The notes beneath the pieces are model-generated. The model saw nothing but the letters and a program-made list of their open reading frames with translations. It had not been told where the DNA came from and made no database searches. Shown piece after piece: positions 30,619 through 40,704 of a stretch of DNA of 64,000 nt. This stretch comes from Desulfatiglandales bacterium. GTDB lineage: Bacteria; Desulfobacterota; DSM-4660; Desulfatiglandales; Desulfatiglandaceae. A program made the position numbers and the translations under genes. Location of the stretch: positions 608,001 to 672,000 of the forward strand of contig OY759599.1 of assembly GCA_963662465.1 (NCBI GenBank), in the 5' to 3' direction. Positions within the stretch are counted from its first letter, which is position 1. Every line of letters begins with the position of its first letter.

Positions 30619-33273
30619 ATGAAAAAAGTTTCACTGAAAATAAACGGGAGAAGTTACCAGTTTGTAGTGGATTCGGAGCGGGTTCTTCTGGATCTCCTGC
30701 GGGAGGATCTGCACCTTATCGGTACCAAACAATCCTGTGACCGAAAAGGGCAATGCGGGGCCTGTACCGTTCTCGTCAATAAAAAAGCGACGCTGTCCTG
30801 TCTGACCAAGGTGGCCGATCTGGAAGGCGCCGATGTGATCACGGTGGAGGGCCTGGGCACACCGGATAATCCGCATCTGATTCAGGAGGCCTTTGTGCTG
30901 TCTGGGGCCGTCCAGTGCGGATTCTGCACGCCGGGCATGATCATGGCGACCAAGGCGCTTCTGGATCGGAATCCGGACCCGGATGCGGAGGCGATCAAGA
31001 AGGCCCTGGCGCATAATTTATGCCGCTGCACCGGATACACGAAGATTATTGACGCTGTGAAGCTGTCCGGTCGATTTTTACGCGGCGAGACGACGCCCGA
31101 TCAGGTGAGACCCGACCCAAAGAGCGGCGTGCTGGGCGTCTCCCACCCGAGACCTTCGGCCATGATCAAGGCCTGCGGACTGGCGGAATTCTCGGCCGAT
31201 ATAAAACTTCAGGGCGCAGCCGAATTGGCGGTGGTTCGCAGCACGGAGCATCACGCCAAAATAAAATCAATCGATACCGCCGAGGCCGAAAAGATGCCCG
31301 GCGTCATCGGGGTCATGACCGCCAGGGACATCCTGGGGACCAACCGAATTCAGTTCATATTTAATGACCAGCCCGTGTTGTGCGATGAGAAGGTCCGGTG
31401 CCTGGGGGATCCCATCGCGGTGGTGGCGGCCGATACCCTGGACCAGGCTCTGGCCGCGGCGGCAGCCGTAAAGGTAGCCTATGATCCCCTGCCGGTTATG
31501 ATGAGCCCGCCGGAGGCCCTTGTGGAAGGCGCCGTACAGCTCCATGACGAGTTTCCCAACCTTTGCTATCAACAACCCCAGATCAAGGGGGATGCCAAAA
31601 AAGCCTTTGCGGAATCCGCGAAGATGGTTGAGGCTGAGTTCATCACCCAGCTCAATCATCAGGCGCCCCTGGAGCCCGAAGCCTGCGTTTCCTATCTCGA
31701 AGGGGAAGGAGAAGAGGCCCTGCTCGTGGTGATTGGACGAAGCATCATGATTCACTCCCATATGGCCATGCTCCAGGGGGCCCTGGGATGGGAAAACATG
31801 CGCTATGAGGAGGCCTATACCGGAGGGCAGTTCGGGATCAAGGTGGGCATTACCTCAGAGGGCATTGCCGGGGCCGCGGCCCTTCATTTTAAAAGGCCTG
31901 TCCGGTATATCCCCGGCATCCATGAGTCCATGCTCATGACGAGCAAGCGGCATCCCTTCACCATGAAGGTCAAACTGGCGGCCGACAAGGACGGACATTT
32001 GACTGCATACGCCAATGATTTCGTTGTGGAAAACGGGGCCTACATGATTCTGGGCCTCATCGTTGTCAACCGCGCCCTCGACATGCTCTCGGGCGCCTAC
32101 AATATTCCCAATATTGACACGCTGGCAAGGCTGGTTTACACCAATAACCCGGCAGGCGGGGCGGCCAGAGGCGCCGGGCCGCCCCAGGTGAATTTTGCCC
32201 TGGAATCGGCCATGGACATGCTGGCGGACAAACTGGGGATTGATCCCCTGGAATTCCGTGTGAAAAACTCTCTTATGCCCGGTCAGAGCGTGTCCACCGG
32301 GGCGGTGGTGGAGCAGTGGACCTTCCCGGAAATCTGCGAACTCATAAGGCCCCATTACGAGCGGGCCAAAAAGGAGGCCTCTGCTTTCAAGGATGGCCCC
32401 ATCAAACGGGGTGTGGGTCTCGGCGCCCATTCCTTCGGTGTCGGCGGTCCCGGGGACGCGGCCCAGGTGGCCGTGGAATTGGATCCGGATAACGGCGTCA
32501 CCATCTTCGCCGCGGCAGCGGATCCGGGTGAAGGAAACGATTCCATGCTGACCCAGATCGCCGCGCATATCCTTGATTTACCCATGGACAAAATCCGCCT
32601 GGTGACCCGGAATACGGATCAGACCACTGAAACCGGACCGGCAGCCGGAAGCCGCATCACTTACATGGTGGGAGGCGCTCTGGTGAATGCCCTTGAGCAA
32701 TTGCGGGAGAATATGGTAGAAGCAGGGGTTTCCACCTATGAGGGGCTGAAAAAGGCAAACAAACCTATCCGCTATATGGGAACAAAGGCTGTGCCCGGAG
32801 GACCGCTTGATCCGGAAACCGGCCAGGGGCCTACCTTTGAGTCCCAGGTCCATAATATCCAGATGGCAGAGGTGGAGGTCAACACCGAGACGGGAGATGT
32901 TCGTGTGATCAAAATGACCACGGCGGTGGATCCGGGACCGGTGATCAATCCCCTGAATCTGGAAGGTCAGCTTGAAGGCGGCATGGATCAGGGGGTGGGA
33001 TACGCTTTAAGGGAGGAATATGTCAGCGGCAAAACCAAAGACTGGGTATCCTTTAAGTACCCCACCATGAAGACCGCCTTTGACATGGAAATCGTTACCC
33101 CCCTGGAAACGCCGCGAACAAAGGGAACCCTCGGTTCAACGGGCATCGGCGAGATGACCATGGTGTCGACGGCGCCCGCGGTCATCAATGCCATCAAGGA
33201 CGCCTGCGGCGTCAGGATCCGCAACTTGCCGGCTACGCCGGAAAAGATCAAGGCTGCCCTGGCCGAGGGATAA
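30619..33273 (+). CDS. Molybdopterin aldehyde oxidoreductase (MOP-like, xanthine oxidase family), copy 1
   Basis: Two [2Fe-2S] motifs (C…GQCGACTV; QCGFCTPG…NLCRCTGY), GGQFG, ARGAG, GQLEGG, GIGE. Confidence 0.95.
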   Translation: MKKVSLKINGRSYQFVVDSERVLLDLLREDLHLIGTKQSCDRKGQCGACTVLVNKKATLSCLTKVADLEGADVITVEGLGTPDNPHLIQEAFVLSGAVQCGFCTPGMIMATKALLDRNPDPDAEAIKKALAHNLCRCTGYTKIIDAVKLSGRFLRGETTPDQVRPDPKSGVLGVSHPRPSAMIKACGLAEFSADIKLQGAAELAVVRSTEHHAKIKSIDTAEAEKMPGVIGVMTARDILGTNRIQFIFNDQPVLCDEKVRCLGDPIAVVAADTLDQALAAAAAVKVAYDPLPVMMSPPEALVEGAVQLHDEFPNLCYQQPQIKGDAKKAFAESAKMVEAEFITQLNHQAPLEPEACVSYLEGEGEEALLVVIGRSIMIHSHMAMLQGALGWENMRYEEAYTGGQFGIKVGITSEGIAGAAALHFKRPVRYIPGIHESMLMTSKRHPFTMKVKLAADKDGHLTAYANDFVVENGAYMILGLIVVNRALDMLSGAYNIPNIDTLARLVYTNNPAGGAARGAGPPQVNFALESAMDMLADKLGIDPLEFRVKNSLMPGQSVSTGAVVEQWTFPEICELIRPHYERAKKEASAFKDGPIKRGVGLGAHSFGVGGPGDAAQVAVELDPDNGVTIFAAAADPGEGNDSMLTQIAAHILDLPMDKIRLVTRNTDQTTETGPAAGSRITYMVGGALVNALEQLRENMVEAGVSTYEGLKKANKPIRYMGTKAVPGGPLDPETGQGPTFESQVHNIQMAEVEVNTETGDVRVIKMTTAVDPGPVINPLNLEGQLEGGMDQGVGYALREEYVSGKTKDWVSFKYPTMKTAFDMEIVTPLETPRTKGTLGSTGIGEMTMVSTAPAVINAIKDACGVRIRNLPATPEKIKAALAEG

Positions 33274-33281
33274 AGGTGTAA

Positions 33282-33647
33282 ATGGAAGGATCACAAAGTT
33301 CCAAGCCCCTCTCCGGTCATCCTAATCGCGAGGTTCGGGTGATGGCGGGGAGGGAGATTCTCTTCGATAACGAGGGATTCCTGTGGAAAGCGAAAGACTG
33401 GACCGAGGAAGTGGCAAGGATCCTTGCCGCCGAGAGTGGGCTTGAAGAACTTAGCGAGATCCAATGGCGGGTCATAAATTTTTTGAGGGATTTTTACGCC
33501 TATAACGGCCGGGCGCCCATGAACCGGGATATCAAGGCGGAGATCGGTTTGAGCTTCATGGAGATGGAGGCCCTTTTTCCTGACGGCATCCGCAGAGGCG
33601 CCCGCCGCGTGGCAGGTTTGCCGAATCCCAAATCATGCTCGGGATAG
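33282..33647 (+). CDS. TusE/DsrC-family sulfur relay protein
   Basis: DNEGFL…WTEEVA…W.VINFLR…AGLPNPKSC with C-terminal Cys. Confidence 0.9.
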   Translation: MEGSQSSKPLSGHPNREVRVMAGREILFDNEGFLWKAKDWTEEVARILAAESGLEELSEIQWRVINFLRDFYAYNGRAPMNRDIKAEIGLSFMEMEALFPDGIRRGARRVAGLPNPKSCSG

Positions 33648-33652
33648 AGCCT

Positions 33653-34814
33653 ATGACGGAACATTTCATATACCTTGATAACGCGGCCACTACTTTTCCA
33701 AAACCGCAAGGCGCTCTGACCCGTATGGTGGAGACCTATGAGCGCATAGGGGTTTCCCCCGGACGCGGGAGCTATGACCTCGCTGTTGAGGCGGCGGATC
33801 TGGTTTTCGCGACGAGGAGACGGCTCGCGCGGCTATTCGGGGCGCCGGACCCTGATCGCGTCATATTCACGGGGAACGCCACGGATGCTTTGAACCTTTG
33901 CATTCAGGGCTTGATAGGGCAGGGCGATCATGTGGTTTCCACCCGGATCGAGCACAACTCGGTTCTTCGACCCCTGTATCACCTTCGGCATCAAGGCTTG
34001 ATAACATACGATCTGGCGCCCTTCGACGGCAGGGGCTTTGTTGACCCAAACGATATTGCCAAGGCCATAAAACCCCATACGAAGCTGGTGATCGTGTGCC
34101 ATGCCTCCAACGTGCTGGGAACCATCCAGCCCATAGCCGAAATCGGTCTGCTTTGCGCGGAAAAGGGGGTGCCCCTGCTGGTGGATGCGGCGTAGAGCGC
34201 GGGGGTGATCCCCATTGACATGGACGCCTGGAAGATTGCAGCCGTTGCCTTTACCGGCCACAAGTCTTTACTGGGTCCAACCGGCATCGGGGGGCCTGGT
34301 CATCCACCCTGACCTGGACCTTCGAACCACCCGCTTCGGCGGTACCGGCATCGATTCTGAAAACCCGATTCATACTCAGCGCTACCCCCATCGCCTGGAG
34401 GCCGGAACCATCAACCTCATGGGGATTATCGGGCTTTCGGAAGGTCTCCGCTTTCTGGAGAAGAAGGGCATTGAATCGATCCACCGGGAGGAGATGAGAT
34501 TGCTCACCAGACTCCGCGACGGGCTGGCGGCATTGGAGGGGGTGGAATGTTACTGTGTTGAAGATTTGTCAGATCATGTGGGCCTCATGACCATGAATAT
34601 CAGGGGCATGGATCCGGGGGATGCGGGCGCCATCCTGGACGCCGATTTCGGGATCGCCGTACGTGTGGGGCTTCATTGCGCACCGCTGGCTCATGAGGGC
34701 ATCGGGACTTTTCCCCGGGGCGGCGTCCGTTTTAGCCTGGGGCCTTTTAACACGATGGATGATGTGGATCGGGCGGTGGAAGCCGTTACCCGGATGGGTC
34801 GTGCGCGGTTATGA
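33653..34814 (+). pseudogene. Cysteine desulfurase (class V PLP), disrupted by a TAG at 34193-34195 and a +1 frameshift in the G run at 34289-34294
   Basis: YLDNAATT, EHNSV, VDAA*SAG (normally Q), GHKSLLGP, EAGT, RVGLHCAP. Confidence 0.88.
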
Positions 34815-35177
34815 ATTAAGTTCAAATACAACCCTTAAAGACTGGTTAATTTCCTGTACGTTGTCTATTGACAATCTTCCCCGAATTTTAACCAGCCTAT
34901 GACGATGATCTATTGGACGTGTCTGCAAACAGTCTGCTACGGATTTTTTAGATAGGCCATTATCGGATGACGGATAAATTTTAACATTGGTTTTTATTCG
35001 CGCTTTTTTTGCACTCCATTCAGTAATTGGAACAACCTGGATAACAGGAACTCTTTCATTATAAATATCGTTAGTCACAACCACACATGGTCTAATTTTT
35101 CCAGTTTCTGAACCTTTTGTCGGATCAAGATTGACGTCAATAACCATACCTCTTTTCAGCACTATCATTTCGGCCAT
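34809..35177 (-). CDS. MazF/PemK-family toxin
   Basis: RG…VNLDPTKGSETGKIRPCVVVTND…VVPIT. Confidence 0.92.
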   Translation of the reverse strand: MAEMIVLKRGMVIDVNLDPTKGSETGKIRPCVVVTNDIYNERVPVIQVVPITEWSAKKARIKTNVKIYPSSDNGLSKKSVADCLQTRPIDHRHRLVKIRGRLSIDNVQEINQSLRVVFELNS

Positions 35178-35398
35178 CCGTTTAATGCAGTTTCGGTCAA
35201 TTCTTTTAAATCATCATCTTCAGAATAAATTTCAGAATATAGCTCAGCGGATTTTCTTAGACTTTCAAGTTCCATTTCTTTCTTGAAATGCTCTATAGCC
35301 TCACGAAGCATAGCGCTTTTATCCTTAAATCCATAAACTGTAAAATTATTCAAAAACTGGGCTTGCGTTTCTTCAACGCTGAATTTTGCCTGTAACAT
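35165..35398 (-). CDS. Putative antitoxin (RHH-like) of the MazF pair
   Basis: 77 aa, acidic C-terminus, overlaps the toxin start. Confidence 0.75.
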   Translation of the reverse strand: MLQAKFSVEETQAQFLNNFTVYGFKDKSAMLREAIEHFKKEMELESLRKSAELYSEIYSEDDDLKELTETALNGWPK

Positions 35399-35499
35399 AC
35401 GGCCTCCTTTTAAGTGCTTATATTGGGCCTTTATTTATAGGCCTACAATAGGGTCCAATGCACTGAAAGTCAATGAAACTGTTTGAGCAGACGGGAAAA

Positions 35500-35561
35500 G
35501 GCGAACGCTTCGGCTCACCGGACCCGCGCTGTTTGCGGGGGTCCGGGGGGAGCCGGTGGTT
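35500..35561 (-). other. attC site interrupted by a group II intron (rest of R'' at 36390-36393)
   Basis: Reconstituted top strand GCAT|AAC-CACC-GGCTCCCC…CCGGACCC…GGGTCCG-GTGAGCC-GAAGC-GTTCGCC. Confidence 0.8.
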
Positions 35562-36389
35562 GTGTGCCGGGCACGGCACGTGTTCTTAAGGGTGCGTGTA
35601 ATGTATCATGCTTCCGATATGTTACGCAAGTCCCAGACCCAGCCAGGTAGTGGCGAAGGGTGTGCGGGGTATCACAACCAGGTACCCGGTAACGGGCTTG
35701 GAGAGGCAGTGGCCTTGCTACGGCAGGGTACCGCGAACGCACGGGGCGACGAACAGAAATCGAGTCAAGCGGGTCTGGTGGGACGAGTCCGCAACACAGG
35801 ACAAAGTCCTCTAACTACTATAGGCCAGGCACGTAGTCGGCGCTCGTGTGCGGAAAGACACGTGTTTACCCCGGGAGGCTCGTTGCGTCTCGCAGGGAAC
35901 TGCAACTGAAACATACCGGAATATAAGTGAAAACCGGTAAAACAAAACCCTGGCGCCAGGGATATTTCGCGTCATGGCCCTGACGAGCCCGACCAACTGG
36001 TCGGGAAACACAAACAAATGGACTCGACAGATTGCAGAAACTACGAGTGAGTAAACTGCAAGGGGAGCCCACCGCGTAACGGGAGTCAGCAGAGGGCATA
36101 TTAAGCTGGAGAAACGAGTCCTGAATAAAGGGAGGCCTCACTCCGGTGAAGGCCCGAACGGTGCCACCTGCCGAATGGCAGGGGTAAATGGTTGTGGTTG
36201 TCAAAGAACGTGTACTTATTGGTCTAATGCAGCGGTAGCTGAAAGGTCGATAACGTCGCATTCTGGAAAACCCAGTAGGGCGGAACCTGTTTTATCCGTG
36301 CCTGCGCTGACCAGTCGAATCGCCGTATACGGACCCGTATGTACGGTGGTGTGGGAGGGGGGAGCTGTGAGGCTCCTCCCTATCCCTAT
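35562..36389 (+). mobile_element. ORF-less group IIC (attC-targeting) intron, 828 nt
   Basis: 5' GTGTGCCGG; DI end GGAGTCAGCAGAGGGCATA; DIII GAAGGCCCGAAC; IIC-type DV with CGC triad (GAATCGCCGTATACGGACCCGTATGTACGGTGGTGT); DVI ending CCCTAT; no RT ORF. Confidence 0.85.
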
Positions 36390-37221
36390 ATGCACACGTT
36401 TCACCGAACTTTTCTTTCAACCAGGCACACATTACCTGAAAGAAATCATCTTTTGCATATTTCTCTTTTGAAGGCGAATGCCCGCATTTTTCAAATTTAT
36501 GATATTCCAGTTGAGGTACATACCGTTTCAGTTCATCCCTTATCATTTCTCCCGGATGCGGATCATATGTGCCGTGCAGCATGAGTACCGGGGACCTGAT
36601 AACTGTAAAAGACTGAGGATATACCCTCTCTTCCTGGCAGCGGATCATGTCGTTCCATGTCTCTGTGTGCGCTTTCATATCAAACAATTCCGTTCCCGAA
36701 TTCCCGATGATGTCAGTCACACAATCGTAATTGTCTGTCATTTCATGCCACTTCATGATCTGTTCCTGAAAAGACAGATGCAGATCAGAACTGTGCTCCG
36801 GGTGCTTTTTTATGTAATCGAAAATTCTGCGCTTCCGTGTTCTTATCGCCTCCTCACGGGAACTTCTGTCAAAAGTTCCGCAACCGATAAGTACAAGAGG
36901 CCCGACTGTCTCAGGATACTCCGCGGCATAAGCCAATGCGAGCATTGCCCCCCATGAGTCACCGACAAGCGCGGGAACCTGATCGCCGCATCGGGCAGAT
37001 ATTAACTGATGGAGATCGGAAATATGAACAGCAACAGATAACGGCATGTCACCGCTGACACGCTGCCAGGGTTCAAATACTCTGAAATTGTCAGCCAGAC
37101 CTTCGGCTACCGGTGCGGCACTTCCCGATGCACCGGGGCCACCGTGCAGGACTATTACAGGAGATCCTTTTTCTCCGTAAATGCCGATACGTTTATTTTC
37201 CTTCCATCCCAACTTATCCAT
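36390..37221 (-). CDS. Alpha/beta hydrolase cassette gene; native stop codon split by the intron
   Basis: LHGGPG, GDSWG nucleophile elbow, D and H triad residues; removing the intron gives …GETCA-TAA. Confidence 0.88.
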
Positions 37222-37242
37222 AATCTTACATAATCATATTCA

Positions 37243-37320
37243 GTGTGCACCGATTTCAGCTGCGTTGCCCGGAGCGAGGAACGAGCGACGGGTAACGACA
37301 GGTGGAAACATTCGTTGGGC
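37243..37320 (-). other. attC site with deleted R' core
   Basis: GCCCAAC-GAATG-TTTCCAC…(CGCTCGTTCCTCGCT loop)…GCTGAAATCGG-TGCACAC; the expected GTTA of GTTATGC is missing. Confidence 0.7.
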
Positions 37321-37328
37321 TAAATTAG

Positions 37329-38294
37329 CTATAGATCGTCCACCCAATGAATTATATCCTCAAAAACAGACTCAGCTATAGAATCAGTATTCTTAGTTAA
37401 AAACCTATGTGTTGTATTTGGATATTTTTTGAATGAAATCATTTTAGCATTTGATGCTAGATTTTCCCAGTTTAAGACATTTTGTTGCAAGGTCTTTTGG
37501 GGATAGTTTTCATCTGCCAATCCTTGTAAAACCAGTGTTGGCTTGTTTAGCTCAGATAATATTTTATTAACGTTTTCAGTGTCTTCAATCCATTCTCGCC
37601 AGTAAATCTCACCACCACCCCATATCTGACCACCTTTTGGAAATTTCTTTTCTTTTAGAAGAACAAACGCTTTTTTTGTAGCTTCAATGTAAGGGCTATT
37701 CTGTGCCTTAAGCTGCTCGATAAATAAATCATCAATAGGGATTGAAGGGGACGCCATTATGATAACACCCGCAATATTGGGCAATTGGCTTGCTGCTACA
37801 GGCGCAATTGAGCCGCCTTCGCTATGTCCTAAAATGAATATCTTGTTTTTATCTATTTCGTTTCTGCTCTGGAGATATTTCACGGATGATACAATGTCAT
37901 TTATTTGATCACCTTGAGTAATTTCAAGCGGATTTAATGAGTTATGTGTTATGTATCGTTTGTCGTAGCGAAATGTAGCAATATGGTGAGATGATAAATA
38001 ATCCGCCCACCATTTATAAAACGGCAATTGATTATTTGTCTGAATAGTTGTTACTTTGCCGTCTCTGTCAATTGGACCTGATCCGCATACCATTACTACT
38101 CCTGGAACATTGTTTTTGTTTTGCGGTAAAAACAAAGTTCCTTCTAATTTCAATTTGTCGCTTTTTAAGTGTATCTGTTCGACTCTGTATTTTGATGAAC
38201 TAGGTATCGAATCAGACGCAAAAACTGGTGATCCATTTAAGATAAAACAGTAACCAAATGTAATAACTAATAATTTAACAACTTGGATTTTCAT
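37329..38294 (-). CDS. Secreted alpha/beta hydrolase, AT-rich cassette gene
   Basis: Signal-peptide-like N-terminus, GSGPIDRDG, RYDKR, GHSEGG. Confidence 0.85.
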   Translation of the reverse strand: MKIQVVKLLVITFGYCFILNGSPVFASDSIPSSSKYRVEQIHLKSDKLKLEGTLFLPQNKNNVPGVVMVCGSGPIDRDGKVTTIQTNNQLPFYKWWADYLSSHHIATFRYDKRYITHNSLNPLEITQGDQINDIVSSVKYLQSRNEIDKNKIFILGHSEGGSIAPVAASQLPNIAGVIIMASPSIPIDDLFIEQLKAQNSPYIEATKKAFVLLKEKKFPKGGQIWGGGEIYWREWIEDTENVNKILSELNKPTLVLQGLADENYPQKTLQQNVLNWENLASNAKMISFKKYPNTTHRFLTKNTDSIAESVFEDIIHWVDDL

Positions 38295-38330
38295 ATTATT
38301 TCCTAAATTTCTCAAAATTTTATCGTGCCC

Positions 38331-38384
38331 AATCGCGGTGTCCGGTCAAGCACCGCGATTCCCGGCGGCGAAGCCGCCGGGAAC
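38331..38384. repeat. 54-bp double-hairpin (REP/MITE-like) element, copy 1
   Basis: AATCGCGGTG-TCCGGTCAAG-CACCGCGATT + CCCGGCGGCGAAGCCGCCGGG-AAC; second copy at 43807-43860. Confidence 0.85.
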
Positions 38385-38427
38385 ATGAACATCACCGGTA
38401 AAATCCGGTGTATGTTCGTTGTTTGAC
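38382..38427 (-). other. Short attC-like site
   Basis: GTCAAAC-AACGA-ACATACAC-CGGATTTTACCG-GTGATGT-TCAT-GTT, just after the EFR1 gene stop. Confidence 0.5.
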
Positions 38428-38432
38428 ATTTT

Positions 38433-39263
38433 TCAAAGATACACCTCGGGTTCTTTCCTTTCATGACATGCCATTTGTAGCTGTTGAATTGCTCCGTTAA
38501 AATGGGGATCTGTCATTTGTTTGGCCTCTGACGGACAATTTTTAACACAGGCAAAACAAATCATGCACTGCCATTTGTCTATTTTGGAAACATCTTCCGG
38601 ATCAATCGCATTGGTGGGGCAAACTTCCACGCACAGGTTGCACTGGGTACACTTGCCTGCATCTGTTTCAGGCGTAAAGGATAATGTGTTACGAACCTCC
38701 TTGATCATATGTAGGTTTTTAGGTTCTATATATGGGATATTTCCTGGAATACTTATTTTTTCAATATCCTCAAGAGAATTTATAGCTTTTAGTTTCTCCT
38801 TAATTTTAAAACCAAAAGCTTTTGCCTTTTCAATATCATTTAAATCAGGCCTGCCATGTGCAATTGGCCGGGATGGAAGAGAGTATGAGTGCTCAGCAAT
38901 AAATGCTCCGCCTGCAACTGGGATGAACCCTTGTGCAACTGAAATATCATGAAGCTCTAAGAGTGCATCCTCATATTTTCGATTTCCATAAACCACGGCA
39001 AGCACCACTGGAGTATTCTGGGCACGTAATGCATTTAAAAAAGGGACCACCTCTTCGGGAACACGTCCATAATAAACAGGAGTACCGAGAATGACCATAT
39101 CCTTATTATTAAACGCAAAAGATTTACCCTTACGCTGAGACCGGTTGGTGCAGTCCATAATCTCAATTTGTTCTGCCTGCATGCCCTGTGCAATTTTCTC
39201 TATGATTGTCCTGGTTGTTCCTGTTGGCGAAAAAGATACACATGAAACTGTTTTTATTTCCAT
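38433..39263 (-). CDS. EFR1-family flavodoxin/4Fe-4S ferredoxin protein
   Basis: FSPTGTT, PVYYGRVP, VYGNR, CTQCNLCVEVCP, CMICFACVKNCP. Confidence 0.92.
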   Translation of the reverse strand: MEIKTVSCVSFSPTGTTRTIIEKIAQGMQAEQIEIMDCTNRSQRKGKSFAFNNKDMVILGTPVYYGRVPEEVVPFLNALRAQNTPVVLAVVYGNRKYEDALLELHDISVAQGFIPVAGGAFIAEHSYSLPSRPIAHGRPDLNDIEKAKAFGFKIKEKLKAINSLEDIEKISIPGNIPYIEPKNLHMIKEVRNTLSFTPETDAGKCTQCNLCVEVCPTNAIDPEDVSKIDKWQCMICFACVKNCPSEAKQMTDPHFNGAIQQLQMACHERKEPEVYL

Positions 39264-39329
39264 TTATTACCTTCCTTAACGCTTTTCTTGAAGCGCTTGA
39301 TACTCATGATCACGAACTGCTCTTATAAA

Positions 39330-39700
39330 AATAAGTTAAACCGAGGATTCGAAACGCCTTTTTCCTTCAATCACAACCAGAAGGAATATGAAATCCGCAT
39401 GATCATCCTCTTTGATCAGGGTTTGGCTTCCAGAAAGCGGCATGCACTTAATAACCGGGTCGAGAAGACCCGCCAGGCATTCGCAGATTTAGATGCCAGG
39501 CTGAATGCTTATCGGCTCAAAAGCAAAGAAGCCATCGAGAAAGCCTGCGACGCTGTTCTGCGAAAATATCAAACAGCTGACTTTTTCAGCTATATCATCT
39601 CAAATGAACCCATCGTCACCTACAAAAACAAAAAAAGGGGCTGCCCTGCAAAAGGTGAAAAGCAGGAACAGATCGATATTGTGAAGGATTTCTTTTATCT
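39330..39700 (+). mobile_element. Internal fragment of an IS1634-like transposase
   Basis: …LKSKEAIEKAC…YKNKKRGCPAKGE region is typical of IS1634/IS4-like transposases; no start or termini. Confidence 0.5.
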
Positions 39701-39852
39701 CTTGAGGGATCATATTTCAAGCATAGCATTATCCGTTCAATTTGTTCTCCAAAAATTGAATCTTTTTTCATTCCCCATGCCTTTTTAATTTTTTGCTGAA
39801 ACTACCAGGGAATTTGAATAGGATACTGTAAAAGAATAAAGAGTAGTCCCCT

Positions 39853-40704
39853 TTATTCGTCATTTAGTACCGCACCACAAAACTTGCAGTGGCGGGCATC
39901 GGCATCGTGACCTTCAGCGCTGCACTCCGGGCAGGCCTGGGTGGACACTTTGCGACCGAATGCCTGCGACATTTCCACGGTCACAATACCAGTCGGCACG
40001 GCGATGATGGCGTAGCCGAGAATCATCACCAGTGATGCCAGTGTCTGGCCAAAGACGGTTTGGGGAGAAATGTCGCCATATCCGACCGTGGTCAGGGTAA
40101 CGATTGCCCAGTAGATACTGCGCGGAATGCTTGTAAAGCCATTGACCCCGCCCTCTATGACATACATCAGCGAGCCGAAGATGACCACCAGGGTCAGTAC
40201 CGTGTAGATAAAGACGGCAATCTTGCGGCCACTCGCGCGCAGCGCCTTCATGAGGAGTCGTGCCTCCCCGAGATAGGGGACCAGCTTCAGGATACGGAAG
40301 ATGCGCAGGATGCGCAGAATGCGGATGACCAGCAGGTACTGGCTTCCCGGCAGGAACAGGCTAAAGTAGGTAGGGATGATCGCCAGCAAATCGACCACCC
40401 CATAAAAACTGACGGCATATTTGAGCGGCCGGCCGACACACATAAGTCGCAAAAGGTATTCGGCAGTGAAGATGATTGTAAAGAACCACTCGATCCCATA
40501 GAGTAGGCTGCCGTAATGTGATTGCACGGCACCGATACTGTCAAGCATCACCGCCACAACGCTCGCCAGGATGCTGACGATGAGCAATACGTCGAATCCT
40601 TTCCCCACCGGGGTGTCGGCCTCGAAGATCACCTCGTGCAAAACTTTCCGCCAGTGAGCCCTCGGCGGCGCTACCTCGCGGCGTGCATCCTTTAGCCATT
40701 TCAT
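39853..40704 (-). CDS. Voltage-gated potassium channel-like ion transporter
   Basis: S4 RILRILRIFRILK, pore TLTTVGYGD, C-terminal CPEC…CKFCG. Confidence 0.95.
   Translation of the reverse strand: MKWLKDARREVAPPRAHWRKVLHEVIFEADTPVGKGFDVLLIVSILASVVAVMLDSIGAVQSHYGSLLYGIEWFFTIIFTAEYLLRLMCVGRPLKYAVSFYGVVDLLAIIPTYFSLFLPGSQYLLVIRILRILRIFRILKLVPYLGEARLLMKALRASGRKIAVFIYTVLTLVVIFGSLMYVIEGGVNGFTSIPRSIYWAIVTLTTVGYGDISPQTVFGQTLASLVMILGYAIIAVPTGIVTVEMSQAFGRKVSTQACPECSAEGHDADARHCKFCGAVLNDE

Noticed and set aside
34193..34195. In-frame TAG codons (also 10361-10363) as pyrrolysine or recoding
   Set aside because: Each is one substitution from the expected codon (CAG, probably TGG), both genes have further lesions, and TAG serves as a normal stop elsewhere.
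36292..36389. C-terminal extension of the 309-aa hydrolase ORF, and small ORFs in 35515-36471 and 41653-42003
   Set aside because: These are translations of intron RNA domains, not proteins.
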